A DNA stretch of 62,045 nucleotides from a virus (lineage: Duplodnaviria; Caudoviricetes): positions 1-62,045 of IMG/VR virus record IMGVR_UViG_3300021432_000009. One strand, given 5' to 3'. Under the pieces are notes generated by a model. That model was not told the origin of the DNA. It did no database searches and saw only the letters and a program-made list of their open reading frames with translations. Position numbers and translations under genes: made by a program. Each line of letters begins with the position of its first letter. Positions within the stretch are counted from its first letter, which is position 1. This document shows positions 18,422 to 28,706 of the stretch, one piece after another.

Positions 18422-20280
18422 CGCGTATTCGCCTCCCCACGCTTGTTCTCCAAATTCGCCCCGAGCACGGTTAGCGGGTTAACTCCACCAAGCCACGGGC
18501 GAGCCTTGCCCTGCGCAATGTCTAGCAAGTGTTGAGTGTAGAGTGGACTGCCAGTAACCTTCCCCGCAATCTTCCCTGTGCCAAGCGCAGTCGCACCGAG
18601 ACTCGCCGCAGCGAGCGTAGATAACCCAGGATTACTCAGCGCAGTACTTCCCAACTCATGTGCCATCGGAACGTGTTCTAGCAGATGTTCGCCTACGAGC
18701 GTTCCTGCCGTGCCGACTGCGCCGCCGAGCGTCCCTGTCGTATACGGATGCGCGCCGGCAGTCGCAAGAATGCTATTCGACTTCGCCGGGCTCGCTTCTG
18801 GCTTGTAGATAAACTGCCCAGCCGTGCCGAGGTCTCCAAGCGCTCCAGCGTTCGCCGTGCTACCATATCGCTTGCGAATGGCCGCTTCAAGCTTCTGTGG
18901 ATTGTAGTTAGCTGAGTCGCTCGCCCCTGGCTCAATCATCTTCGCAATCTTATAGCCTTGCTTCGCGTTACCGAAGTCAGCATAGTCTTGCGGATTGTCT
19001 CCCTTCGCAATAGTATCATGCCAAGCGTTATCTAGTATCTCGCGCATCCCGACGAGTGGCAAGTTTGGATCATCTGCACTGCCGCTTACGTAGGGGCGCA
19101 GCCCAGGGTTCTTCGCAGCAGTCTCCAGCAAACCACCCTTCCCGGTCCACCTCTGGTAAATGCTCCCCGCTAGCGGCCCATTTGCGAGATTTTGCTGCAC
19201 GGGATCGTAAAGGGCAGAGTGGAACTTCGCATAGTCCTCATTCGACAGACCCAGCTTCGCTTGCTGATCTAGCGCAGCTAGCCCTGCGTTAAGCTTGCCT
19301 CCAATGGCGGGATCGCTAGCATCGACTGAGTACTTTGCCGCAATCCTTCCCATTGTGCTGCCGTTGAGCGACTTCGCCCTTTCCACCCAACTAGAGTTAA
19401 TCTTATCCTCTGGCAAGTTCGCCCACGAGGAGAGCGCTCGGTCGAAGCCGCGCTGCACTGTCGGGTTATTGTTCATGTTGGTTAGTTGGTCGAGCGTAAC
19501 AACTGGTTTTGCCGCGCCTGGCACCATACCTGCGCGAATAGGCACGCCCTGTCGAATAGCACTGCTAACTGCTCGCGCAACGTCTGGGTCAATGTGCGAG
19601 CCCAAGCCAAGTAGACTACTAGCTGGTCCTATGAGCCCCCCGGCGAGCGCACCTTCACCAGCTTGCGAAATAATGCTGCCCTGCCCCTGGTCGCTTTGCA
19701 GTGCTCCAGCTACGCCGCCTTCGACCGCACCGCGAGTCGCCTGCGATGCTACACGTAACCCAGCATTACTAAGTCCTCTTACTCCAACCCCACCAAAGCC
19801 ACCTGCGCTACCACCCAGGAAGTTCAACGCTGGTACGATACGCGGCGCTGCCATAGCTAATCGCTCCGCTATCGGAGCGATGGCATAGTCCTGCCCTAGC
19901 GCCATCGCACCTGTCGCGCCAACCACGCCACCACCAATTTCTGACAAAAGCGCCCCAGTCGGACTACTCGCCTCGTATTGCTTCTGCAGAGCATTAAGTC
20001 TTGCGAGCCGCGTCGAGTAGTCGCTCATCACCCCCGTCCTTGCCTCTTCCGGCGTAGGGGAGAATGCAAGTCCGCGCTTACCAAGCCCAAATGTTAGCGC
20101 ATCAGCAAAATTGCTACCAAAACCCCACTGACTTGGCGTAGTGCCTCGTGGAGCGTAGGTAACTTGTGGAGTAGAGGAAAACGCACTATTGACTAGCTCT
20201 TCGTCGCTCATAGGCGGCGGCAGTGGAGCAGCTGTTGACTGCGTGCCAAAGGCTGCATCAATTAAGTCTTTATCGTTCAC
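18418..20280 (-). CDS. DNA ejection/internal virion protein (P22 gp16-like position)
   Basis: Ala/Gly-rich, DALTFGL, GALAGG; third gene of the ejection trio. Confidence 0.65.
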   Translation of the reverse strand: MNDKDLIDAAFGTQSTAAPLPPPMSDEELVNSAFSSTPQVTYAPRGTTPSQWGFGSNFADALTFGLGKRGLAFSPTPEEARTGVMSDYSTRLARLNALQKQYEASSPTGALLSEIGGGVVGATGAMALGQDYAIAPIAERLAMAAPRIVPALNFLGGSAGGFGGVGVRGLSNAGLRVASQATRGAVEGGVAGALQSDQGQGSIISQAGEGALAGGLIGPASSLLGLGSHIDPDVARAVSSAIRQGVPIRAGMVPGAAKPVVTLDQLTNMNNNPTVQRGFDRALSSWANLPEDKINSSWVERAKSLNGSTMGRIAAKYSVDASDPAIGGKLNAGLAALDQQAKLGLSNEDYAKFHSALYDPVQQNLANGPLAGSIYQRWTGKGGLLETAAKNPGLRPYVSGSADDPNLPLVGMREILDNAWHDTIAKGDNPQDYADFGNAKQGYKIAKMIEPGASDSANYNPQKLEAAIRKRYGSTANAGALGDLGTAGQFIYKPEASPAKSNSILATAGAHPYTTGTLGGAVGTAGTLVGEHLLEHVPMAHELGSTALSNPGLSTLAAASLGATALGTGKIAGKVTGSPLYTQHLLDIAQGKARPWLGGVNPLTVLGANLENKRGEANTR

Positions 20281-21833
20281 GGAGCGCCTCCAGCAGGCGG
20301 CTCTGCCGAGCCAGTACTTAGCACCTTCGCGGTCTCTTTACTAACGAGTGGCCTCTTCGCAATCTCCTTGTTAAACCACGGTTCGAAGTCGACAAGTCGT
20401 TTCAAGCCTGGGAGTAGTTCTTTACCTTGATACTCCGGATCGCTTGCTCGTCGCGCAGCCTCAGTAACTAGCTGGCTGCGCGCAAGATTAATTGAGTTCT
20501 GATTTCGCATGAACGTGAACATCTTGTCGATGCCGCGCGGATCAGTATCCCAATTAGCGTTATTCTTGTTAAACGTCTGATACTCGATAAGTGGAATGCG
20601 TCCAACACCGGGCTTGTTCACCGACGCCATTAGTATGCTTGCAGCAAGTTGTGGTTGCAGTTTCGCATACACCGAAGCATCGCCAAGGTTACCCTGTGCA
20701 ACCTTGTCTACAATAGGAGTGCTAAAGCCTAATCCCTGAGCGAGCTTTGCTGCCGCAATAAATGTATCCATGCCACCGCCAGTCTTGAAGCCTGACCGAG
20801 CCTTGTCTAGCTCATCCATAATGCGATTCAAGTTAGTCGAATCCGTTGCCGACTGATTCGCACTTGCGATGTACTTCGGCATCGCAGCAAGCTGTCCTGT
20901 AGTAACTGGACCGAGCGAGGTTGTAGCTTGCGGGCCAGCAGGCCCACCAGTATACGGAGCGCGGCTTGTTGCAGCCCCACTACCTAGTATTGATTCTCTT
21001 GGCGCTCCTACCATGCCACCCACAGGCGGAAGCGGTTGGCCAACTAGAGATTGTGTGGTTTTGCCAGACTGATCAATTGTAGTCGTGCCCGGCCCAGATG
21101 TCTGCGGCACAATTCCACCCGGCTGCAAGCCCGGCCCGCTCATAGGCGTACGCGTTCCAGTTAGCGCATTCTCCACGCCCACCTGCGCACCACCGCCGAA
21201 GTTCTGATTATACGTCTTAGTCGTGCGATCTAGCGTCTGCGCAGCGGTTTCCTGAGCAATTTGGAACTTGCTTAGTTGCTGGTGCGCCAGCTTCGGATCA
21301 TACGGTGCGTCCAACTGCGGCGTGCCGTCCTTCGCCGTTGGCTTGCCAATCGTCGTCGCCCAACTAATCGCCGCTCCTGGCTCGCCTCCGGCATCTAGGT
21401 GCAATGCGTGCACGAGCGCAGCTACGCCCATCACCTCGTTCTGCGGAATCGCCCCGTCAGGATGCTTCGCCACAGCTGCGCCTGCGTAGCGGCCCAGCGC
21501 ATCCGCGCGGCTCTGCGCATTCGCAAGGGACTTCCCAACTGTCTCCTGCTGTGTCAACTGCCTTTGAACCATCCCATTGATGATATCTGGCGCCATGAAC
21601 GCTGTGTCTGGATGCGCGCTCAGCAAGACTGCAAACTTATTGTAGTCCATCTGCCCATCCGGCCCGATGCTTTGCTGTGCGAGTGGCCCCATCGCCTGGC
21701 GGGCACGAAATGTTTGCTGGAAGAGCGCGTTTGTGTTGAGCGCATTCTGCGTCGTCGCGAATTGCGACGCCATGCCGAGCAGATTACTCGGCTGCGGCTG
21801 CGTCGGGTAGAACGACGTGTCGATCTGAGCCAT
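20277..21833 (-). CDS. DNA ejection/internal virion protein (gp20-like position)
   Basis: MAQIDTSFY N-terminus, Gln/Ala-rich; synteny. Confidence 0.6.
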   Translation of the reverse strand: MAQIDTSFYPTQPQPSNLLGMASQFATTQNALNTNALFQQTFRARQAMGPLAQQSIGPDGQMDYNKFAVLLSAHPDTAFMAPDIINGMVQRQLTQQETVGKSLANAQSRADALGRYAGAAVAKHPDGAIPQNEVMGVAALVHALHLDAGGEPGAAISWATTIGKPTAKDGTPQLDAPYDPKLAHQQLSKFQIAQETAAQTLDRTTKTYNQNFGGGAQVGVENALTGTRTPMSGPGLQPGGIVPQTSGPGTTTIDQSGKTTQSLVGQPLPPVGGMVGAPRESILGSGAATSRAPYTGGPAGPQATTSLGPVTTGQLAAMPKYIASANQSATDSTNLNRIMDELDKARSGFKTGGGMDTFIAAAKLAQGLGFSTPIVDKVAQGNLGDASVYAKLQPQLAASILMASVNKPGVGRIPLIEYQTFNKNNANWDTDPRGIDKMFTFMRNQNSINLARSQLVTEAARRASDPEYQGKELLPGLKRLVDFEPWFNKEIAKRPLVSKETAKVLSTGSAEPPAGGAP

Positions 21834-21842
21834 CTTACGCGC

Positions 21843-22556
21843 CTACGGTATCGCCTGCGCATCTAGCACATTGTAGCCGCCAGAACCAACGCCTGGGCCG
21901 CCAAAGTCTGCAGTATTCGCTCCTGCGAACGGATTCGCATTCCCGCCAATGCCGAGCTTTTGCAGCATACTCCACTGCATGTACTGGTTGAGCGCATTAC
22001 TTGTACTGCCAGCTGCTCCGAGTACTCCCGCCGCCCCGGCGTTGCCAGCGCCGATGATATTGCTACCAATCTGCCCGCCCGTCGCTACGCCACCGCCCAG
22101 CAGCGACGACGCTGCACCACTTCCCACGTTAAGCTTCGCGAGTAGCGGAGTGAGCCAATTCTGGAACTGTTGTTGGAAAGTCGTGCTGGCGAGGCCCTCA
22201 GCATAGTTGGCTAGCCCCTTGCCCTCCACGCCGCTGTTCGCGAGTCCCATCGCGCTATTCGCATTCGTAGTCGCCTTCAGCCCCTGGTCCAGCGTGAATT
22301 GGTAGCCGGGCGTATTTGCAAGGTCTGTTCCAGTGAAGCCCTTCGCAAGCTGCGCACCAGCCTCAGTGCCCATTTGCGAGAACGGCATCACCGCGTTCGC
22401 ACCCTGATTGAACATCGAGAGTTGCGCATTTGTGGCGTTTTGCGCAGCTTTGCTCTGCTGACTCGCGCCGAAGAGCGAAGCGCCAGCGCCCAACGCTCCA
22501 GCACCAAATACCGCAGATGCTACTGGAGCTGCTGCTATTGCTGATGCTACCCACAT
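21843..22556 (-). CDS. DNA ejection protein (gp7-like)
   Basis: TPGYQF.LDQG, SG..K.L..Y..GLAS motifs. Confidence 0.75.
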   Translation of the reverse strand: MWVASAIAAAPVASAVFGAGALGAGASLFGASQQSKAAQNATNAQLSMFNQGANAVMPFSQMGTEAGAQLAKGFTGTDLANTPGYQFTLDQGLKATTNANSAMGLANSGVEGKGLANYAEGLASTTFQQQFQNWLTPLLAKLNVGSGAASSLLGGGVATGGQIGSNIIGAGNAGAAGVLGAAGSTSNALNQYMQWSMLQKLGIGGNANPFAGANTADFGGPGVGSGGYNVLDAQAIP

Positions 22557-23071
22557 TTCGGTGGCTCCAGTGGAAGAACTAGTTGTCTTGCCTTTGCAAC
22601 ATGTCGGAGGAACTCGTCCTCCGTCTGAGCAATGAATAGCCGCTCGATCGCCTCAACGTCTGTCTCATTTGTCCCGTGGCAGCCGGCCCAAATGGTGTCC
22701 TCGTGAGCGAAGCCGATCTTCTTGCTCCCTGCTGGCGAAACGCAGATAAACGGCGCAACGATTCGTCGCACTTCGTTGCCAAGCAGCACGGAGATATCGC
22801 CCTTCAGCATAATATTCAAGATTGGCTGCTTATGTATCTTGCCAGTCAGAAGGCAGCCCTTCGGAATGTGCAATACCCTCGTGTAGATGCCCGGCGAAAT
22901 GAAGTGCTCAGTCAACAACTCTAGCTGCTCATGCTTCCTCATCTCGTGCTCAAATGCGAGCAACTTATCAATAGTTGTAATCTGCGACATGAGAGCTAGT
23001 GCGTCGGACATCGTGCTACTCTCGTACTGAGCAATTATGGAGTCTAGTCTTGCATTGCATGGGCACATCAC
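22547..23071 (-). CDS. Cupin-like virion-associated protein
   Basis: HF.SPGIY.R...IPKG..LTGKIHK, G.K..G.AHEDT; start uncertain. Confidence 0.65.
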   Translation of the reverse strand: MMCPCNARLDSIIAQYESSTMSDALALMSQITTIDKLLAFEHEMRKHEQLELLTEHFISPGIYTRVLHIPKGCLLTGKIHKQPILNIMLKGDISVLLGNEVRRIVAPFICVSPAGSKKIGFAHEDTIWAGCHGTNETDVEAIERLFIAQTEDEFLRHVAKARQLVLPLEPPKCG

Positions 23072-23113
23072 AACATCGGCCCCGTGGGTTGTTTGGTGGT
23101 GTTCGTCGCCAAA

Positions 23114-23569
23114 CTACGCGAACGTCATCGTTCGCAGCTGACTCGCCGTTTGCCAGAAGAATATTTGGCACTTCCCACTCGGCAGGGGGAAGGCTACATT
23201 CGCGCCGAGTGCGTTAATCTGCGCTCCTGCGGGCGGATAGACATTCGTATTGCTTCCCCCCACGTTGAACACCACCGTGAATTGCCCCGCCTGTTGCGCA
23301 GCACAGACTACGCCGCCGCCAGAGCCGTTCACGAAGGCCACGCCCGGCAGCAACTGCGTCGCATTCGCCTGCGCGTTGCCGGTATCATTCGTCACCTGCG
23401 GTACTAGTGAGGGCGCCCCTGTCCCACCGCCCGTTCGGGCGAATAGCGTGCGGAAGAGCAAGTACCACGGCGTAGTCATCTGCGTAGCCTCGCCCGCACC
23501 ATTATCCTGCACGAGCGGGCTTTGCAGCGGTGGGAACGCAACGGTGTTGCCTACTACGGGGTTTGTCAT
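23114..23569 (-). CDS. Virion structural protein
   Basis: P...PLV....MT.PW..F motif typical of the gene after gp10. Confidence 0.55.
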   Translation of the reverse strand: MTNPVVGNTVAFPPLQSPLVQDNGAGEATQMTTPWYLLFRTLFARTGGGTGAPSLVPQVTNDTGNAQANATQLLPGVAFVNGSGGGVVCAAQQAGQFTVVFNVGGSNTNVYPPAGAQINALGANVAFPLPSGKCQIFFWQTASQLRTMTFA

Positions 23570-23573
23570 TGCG

Positions 23574-25058
23574 CTAGGTCCCCGCCGGTTCTGGCATAAT
23601 CCACGCGCCCATCAGCGCGGTGTCAACCGGCGTGGCCCAGAAGAGCTCGAAGACTCGATCCCTCGCCATTCCGGTCTTAAGCCATTGCATTTGCCTAATG
23701 TAATTGCCAGTGTTGCCGAGCGACTGAGGCACGGGGTTGCCAAACGAGTGCCCCCGATCATCGCTCCACCGCAAGTACGCATTATCAAAGCTGAACAGCG
23801 CAGGCGGCCCAAAGCCAGGCGAGAAGCCCAGACTCCACGCTCCCGCCGGGATGTCAAACTCATTCCCACAGTCCATATCTGCGCGAAATACAGGATAGGA
23901 GACGCGATTGCCGTCGTTCAGCAAGTGAGGGAAGCTTCTTCTGCGCACTATCGGGTTACCGTAATCGCTAAACGTCTGTGTGTCCATTGCGTACAGCTGG
24001 CCATTCGCGAAGTCGCCGCAGATGACTTGCCCATACGCCTGTGCGATGCAATTCGCCCGATGGCGGTGTTCTACTCCGTTCGCGTCGAGGAAGCTTCGCG
24101 TGTGCCACAGCTGTTCATTAATGTCAAATACAATCGTAAGATCGCCAGTTGGGAACGTTAGCTTATAGAACGAGTGATCTTGCTGCTTATACGTCATGCC
24201 AATGGCATCGTCAACGCGAGGCAGCTTCGCAAGTAAGCTCGCGATAGCCGGTGTGCTAACCTTCCTCGCTGCGTAGTTCGCACCCATGAATACGCTCGCT
24301 TTGCCATCTTTGTCCCTTCCGAGCCAGAAGATCATCAAGTCGTGCTTTGCGACGCTGTAGGGCGCTACGCAGCCCTGTTCGATGAACACGCCCGGAGTAA
24401 TTGCGAACGGAAACGCCGCAGCACCAGCGTTGTACCAAATTTCGCTCGTCCGCTGCGCCCCGAGTAGCCAAATCTCGCGGTGCATCACGACGAGCGCAGC
24501 GAGATTATCCGGATAGCCGCTTTTCGCCGCAAAGTACGTCGGGTCAAAGTTCACAACACCGCTTAGTGACGAGAAGAACTGCCGAGTGTTTGGAAGGGAG
24601 TAAAGGAGGAAGGTGTCAAGCACGCCTGAGCTAAGCCCCCCTTGAAAGTTCGGGTCACCAATTTGAGAGAAGGCATTCGTCGCCAACGTGATCTGGTAGC
24701 CCTGCGGCGAGCCGTCAACTAGCGTCGCAAAGGTACCATTGTCTGCGAAGCTGACTGGCGTGAGCGCGTTGCTGACTAGCGGCCCGCCAATTTGTGTGAA
24801 GTTAAAGTTCGGATCGATGTAGTAGACATTCGAGTTCAAAACACCATACAAGCTACCATTCGTAGCCTCGTACAGTCCGCGCCACGTACCGCCCGCAGGC
24901 GTCTGCCCGAGCACGCGAAGCCCTGGCGTCTGATACATCGCGTAGGGTTGCGGCGAGTCCTCGGGGTTCTTCTCGGGGTAGAGGTTAGTGCAACGCTGTG
25001 CATTCGCAATGAGATTGCGAGCAGCGTAGAAGCCACCTTTCAATGGAAGTGGAGGCAT
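23574..25058 (-). CDS. Packaged-DNA stabilization / tail hub protein (P22 gp10-like)
   Basis: C.NLYPE, TPGL, SEIWYNAG..FPF, GC.A..S, LRWSDD.G..F. Confidence 0.9.
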   Translation of the reverse strand: MPPLPLKGGFYAARNLIANAQRCTNLYPEKNPEDSPQPYAMYQTPGLRVLGQTPAGGTWRGLYEATNGSLYGVLNSNVYYIDPNFNFTQIGGPLVSNALTPVSFADNGTFATLVDGSPQGYQITLATNAFSQIGDPNFQGGLSSGVLDTFLLYSLPNTRQFFSSLSGVVNFDPTYFAAKSGYPDNLAALVVMHREIWLLGAQRTSEIWYNAGAAAFPFAITPGVFIEQGCVAPYSVAKHDLMIFWLGRDKDGKASVFMGANYAARKVSTPAIASLLAKLPRVDDAIGMTYKQQDHSFYKLTFPTGDLTIVFDINEQLWHTRSFLDANGVEHRHRANCIAQAYGQVICGDFANGQLYAMDTQTFSDYGNPIVRRRSFPHLLNDGNRVSYPVFRADMDCGNEFDIPAGAWSLGFSPGFGPPALFSFDNAYLRWSDDRGHSFGNPVPQSLGNTGNYIRQMQWLKTGMARDRVFELFWATPVDTALMGAWIMPEPAGT

Positions 25059-25109
25059 TAGCTATACCAGCCGCTTTGCTGACCACCTTGTTGATCCACA
25101 TGGGCAGAC

Positions 25110-26750
25110 TTAGGTTGGTGCTGCTGCACCCTTTTCCATATCCCAATTGCGAGCAAGTGTAGGGTTTACTACTGTAGTATCAAAGGGATACTCAAATTTG
25201 AAACCAGAACGAACGCCAGACATATTGACGTAATTGTCGGTAGCTACCGGATTATTGTTATGCGCCGTACCGCCTTGGGCATTGGTCCAATTGATCCACG
25301 TCTCCATCGCGGTCGGCCCAGATGAATGGTTCAGCGACCCCAATCCGATTCCGCAATTATAACTCCAATTGCACCCGCTGAATGATGAATTATTGCCAAA
25401 TCCGCTTGCATTATGCGCCGCTACGACACCACCAGGGAGCCCCGTGCCGACATCAGCAGCGGCCTGAAAGAAGAAATTGAATTTTGCGGAAGCGTCAGTT
25501 ACCGCAAACGCGCCGGCATAGTAAATATGATCACCGTGCGGCGTCGGTGATCCGCCATACATATTTGAGTCCAATAGGCAGAATCGAACATTGTGCCCAT
25601 TGCACTCCAACGGGTGCTGATCGCAATTCTTGAGCCACATATATTGTAGTGTCATCACGCCGGCGGTCGCGTCGTCGACGCATGTTGGGGGGCTCATGTT
25701 ACTACCAGAGCCTTGTCCACCGTCTACGGTGCCATATTTTAAAGTGCAACCAGTTCCACTGCCGCTCGCCTTGATTGGTGGGGAAGCAGGAGAAACTCCC
25801 GAATAACTCGAATAGCTCAAGAGAAAGTTGGTTAGAGTAAAGTTCGATCCAGTAACTAAAATATGATAACCCGGAGCGGTCGTAAAATCATAGCCGTCCA
25901 AGCTGACATTATTGCCACTCACTGTAACAGTCGAGCCGACCACCGAGACCCCAGATACGGAGATCGTCGCAGGGTCTTTGAGCGTCACGCCAGGATTCGG
26001 CCCAACCGCATAATCTATCCCCGCCACTTTCCATGGAGGGCGAATATAGGAGCTTACCGTACCGCCCGATGTGTAGGCAGCATTAAACGGGACGTTGATC
26101 AAGTCAATATGAGTCGCGTCGATGACTGTTATCTGACACCCGATATTTGCGTTTGTCGTTCCGCCGACACCAGAAACATAGACGACTTGATTACTGACCA
26201 TCGCCGCGGTGCTTGTGACCGACAACCGTACGATACCAGAGCCATTATTTGCTGCACCCGTAACTGACGTAATGGTTTGATTCTGACTATTTGGGGGCCC
26301 TACGATTGCGCCATTGAGCATCGCAGAATATTGCGCGGTACCGCTTGGTGCATTGACAAAGCCGTCTCCCCAAGCATTAACGGTAACTTGATGAGACCCG
26401 CTGCCGTTCGCATTGGTCGCTTGCACGATAAGCGTCTGCGCTACCAAATCACCAACAAGATTTGTCACTCCAGTCGCGGTCGTGGTAATAATACCGGAAT
26501 TGCTGATCTGATAGTTGCCGGATGGATCACCGCCAGTAATCGACCATGATGTGGGTGAGTTGGTCGCGGAGACAGTGACAACAGCGCCGCCATTTGTCAC
26601 TGGAGTTGATATGTTAACCGTGGCCCCGGTTACGACCGGCGCCCCAACACCCGTTGCCGCGAATTGGACAAAACCTATGGCGAGAGATGATGTAGAAGAA
26701 AGCAACAGAACCCCAAAAAGCCATAAAAACCCGCGTCTACTCCCCGCCAT
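25110..26750 (-). CDS. Tail-associated beta-rich protein (cadherin-like plus beta-helix) with twin-arginine signal
   Basis: MAGSRRGFLWL...; Ig-like ATNSPTSW repeat; RPPWKVAGIDY; HGDH. Confidence 0.6.
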   Translation of the reverse strand: MAGSRRGFLWLFGVLLLSSTSSLAIGFVQFAATGVGAPVVTGATVNISTPVTNGGAVVTVSATNSPTSWSITGGDPSGNYQISNSGIITTTATGVTNLVGDLVAQTLIVQATNANGSGSHQVTVNAWGDGFVNAPSGTAQYSAMLNGAIVGPPNSQNQTITSVTGAANNGSGIVRLSVTSTAAMVSNQVVYVSGVGGTTNANIGCQITVIDATHIDLINVPFNAAYTSGGTVSSYIRPPWKVAGIDYAVGPNPGVTLKDPATISVSGVSVVGSTVTVSGNNVSLDGYDFTTAPGYHILVTGSNFTLTNFLLSYSSYSGVSPASPPIKASGSGTGCTLKYGTVDGGQGSGSNMSPPTCVDDATAGVMTLQYMWLKNCDQHPLECNGHNVRFCLLDSNMYGGSPTPHGDHIYYAGAFAVTDASAKFNFFFQAAADVGTGLPGGVVAAHNASGFGNNSSFSGCNWSYNCGIGLGSLNHSSGPTAMETWINWTNAQGGTAHNNNPVATDNYVNMSGVRSGFKFEYPFDTTVVNPTLARNWDMEKGAAAPT

Positions 26751-27579
26751 AGTTTATCCCCATCAATAATATGTTTTTCGGGACTGCGGCCGCAGACCCA
26801 CCTGTGCAATTAGTTCCTCCGGCCTGACAAATTGCGTCAAAGAATGCTAACCATGTAGCGGTATTCGTAGAAGCAATAAACGAAATGGCCGATTGAGTTG
26901 CTGCGACATTTAAATGCTGCATACTTGAATTTGAAAAGTTGGTTCCAGCCGGCTCATTGATACTAAAGTCCACCGCCGTAGCATTGACGGCATTAAAGGT
27001 ACCCACACCTACCTGACTGACACCCGTGGGATTAAATACAAATCCTAGTAGCATGTCGTTGGTATTTGAGGTTGTCCCCGCAGTAACGGTCGGCGGACTA
27101 TTGACAATGCCGGTATTGGTGTCCGGCATTGAAGCGTTGTTATCGAACGGATTGGTCGTGTTCGCGCCGCTAATGCCACACGATCCAGCAGTTGCATTAT
27201 CAACTGTAGTTGAAAATGTGATGACAATGGCATCTGCCGTCAAGGCGCCAGAAGAAAACGCCCACCATTCCTCTGCGTTATTGAACGCTGCACCACCGCT
27301 TCCTGAACCAGCATTTAGCTGAAGTCGTTTACGTAAATGCCAAGTTAAAGCAGCGGTATCTGATATGGTGGAAACTGTAGCGAATGATCCTTGCGCAGCG
27401 GTGCGCTCGTTGTGCGTGCCGACTATGATAATATCATTAGTCGAAGTCGTGGTCTGTGTGAGGGTGATAACCGTGCCGGCTGAATCAATGCCAGTGGCGC
27501 AAGTTCCATCAATCGCTGGAACCGCCTGCGCCGCAACCACAAACAAACATATAAAGACTGCAGCCAATAATGCGCGCAT
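26737..27579 (-). CDS. Signal-peptide-bearing beta-rich protein
   Basis: MRALLAAVFICLFVVAAQA; two TT.TND..I repeats. Confidence 0.65.
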   Translation of the reverse strand: MRALLAAVFICLFVVAAQAVPAIDGTCATGIDSAGTVITLTQTTTSTNDIIIVGTHNERTAAQGSFATVSTISDTAALTWHLRKRLQLNAGSGSGGAAFNNAEEWWAFSSGALTADAIVITFSTTVDNATAGSCGISGANTTNPFDNNASMPDTNTGIVNSPPTVTAGTTSNTNDMLLGFVFNPTGVSQVGVGTFNAVNATAVDFSINEPAGTNFSNSSMQHLNVAATQSAISFIASTNTATWLAFFDAICQAGGTNCTGGSAAAVPKNILLMGINYGGE

Positions 27580-28533
27580 TTACTTGAACCCAATATTCAA
27601 GTTGAGCCCTGTCGTCGCATTAGTATTATCGTTATTGGCGTTCGCACCTGTGATGCAAATCACTATGCCGTTTGCAAACGCTTGGCCGAACGGGCCGAGA
27701 TTGGCAACACCACCTGGGCTCGTAGCGTTTGATTGCGCAACATCATTCATAACTACGTTCGTTGCTGAATTACATGGAGCGCCACCGGCTGGCGCCGTTG
27801 CCGTGTCATAAGCGCGAATGTCCATTAAGGTTGTTGTCGAGTTCTCCCACCGAACCCAGCAGAGTGTATGTGCAGCAGCAGAGCCTATGACCGTCGCGTT
27901 GTTGGACGCAGCACTCAGGATCGTTTGCGCGGTACACCCACCAGTTCCCGCTGCCTGCGGGTTGGTTGGAATCGCAGACTGATTACTCGCAATGGCGATC
28001 GGCGCACTGTTCGCCATCGTATTCTGACCGTTGGCGTTAGCGTTCGTTATAAACGCATTGACGCCTGGAACCAAAACAGATCCCGGAGATGTCCCATAGT
28101 TTGCCATGCCGCCAAGCGTACCGCCGGCCCACGTCGACACATTAGCTACCCAGGGTGAAGTACCCTGATTCACGGTCGGCGTATTTGTAATAAAGCTATT
28201 GACCCCCGGCACCAGCACCGCCCCCGGCGACGTGCCGTAATTCGCCATCGCCCCCAGCGTGCCGCCGGCCCATGTAGGCAGCGAAACCGGCTGCGTGACT
28301 GCGCTGCCGTCCACCTTGACGGCGCCAGCTGCGCTCACTGCTGCGCATTGGTTCGCCGTTGTTGCATCGCACAGCAGTTGCGATGCAAAGTGTACCCCAC
28401 TAATCACGACTGAGCCGAAGTTCGTTCCGCTGCCCACCGTCGCAGCGTAGTTCGCAATTGCGCCTATCGGCAACATCACGAGGGCGCCATATAGCGCGCG
28501 GAGGAGCCACTTCTGCACTGCACTTCGCATCAC
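27580..28533 (-). CDS. Signal-peptide-bearing virion-type protein with internal repeat
   Basis: KVDGSAVTQPVS motif; 2x TWAGGTLG.MANYGTSPG.VLVPGVN.FITN. Confidence 0.7.
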   Translation of the reverse strand: MMRSAVQKWLLRALYGALVMLPIGAIANYAATVGSGTNFGSVVISGVHFASQLLCDATTANQCAAVSAAGAVKVDGSAVTQPVSLPTWAGGTLGAMANYGTSPGAVLVPGVNSFITNTPTVNQGTSPWVANVSTWAGGTLGGMANYGTSPGSVLVPGVNAFITNANANGQNTMANSAPIAIASNQSAIPTNPQAAGTGGCTAQTILSAASNNATVIGSAAAHTLCWVRWENSTTTLMDIRAYDTATAPAGGAPCNSATNVVMNDVAQSNATSPGGVANLGPFGQAFANGIVICITGANANNDNTNATTGLNLNIGFK

Positions 28534-28706
28534 ATAACTCCTAGCATTGGCAAGACGCAGCCAGTGGATAGATCGATCGCTCCTGCGCAGCCACCACCGC
28601 CACCACTACCTGCGCCACCGAAGAACAACAGTAGCATGTTCGCCGCGTCAGCTGAGCCGACTGCGAGGGCGAGCCACGCGACGACGATGGTTGCGCGCAG
28701 CATCAT
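28530..28706 (-). CDS. 58-aa signal-peptide microprotein
   Basis: Translated by hand: MMLRATIVVAWLALAVGSADA-ANMLLLFFGGAGSGGGGGCAGAIDLSTGCVLPMLGVM; stop/start overlaps on both sides. Confidence 0.7.
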   Translation of the reverse strand: MMLRATIVVAWLALAVGSADAANMLLLFFGGAGSGGGGGCAGAIDLSTGCVLPMLGVM

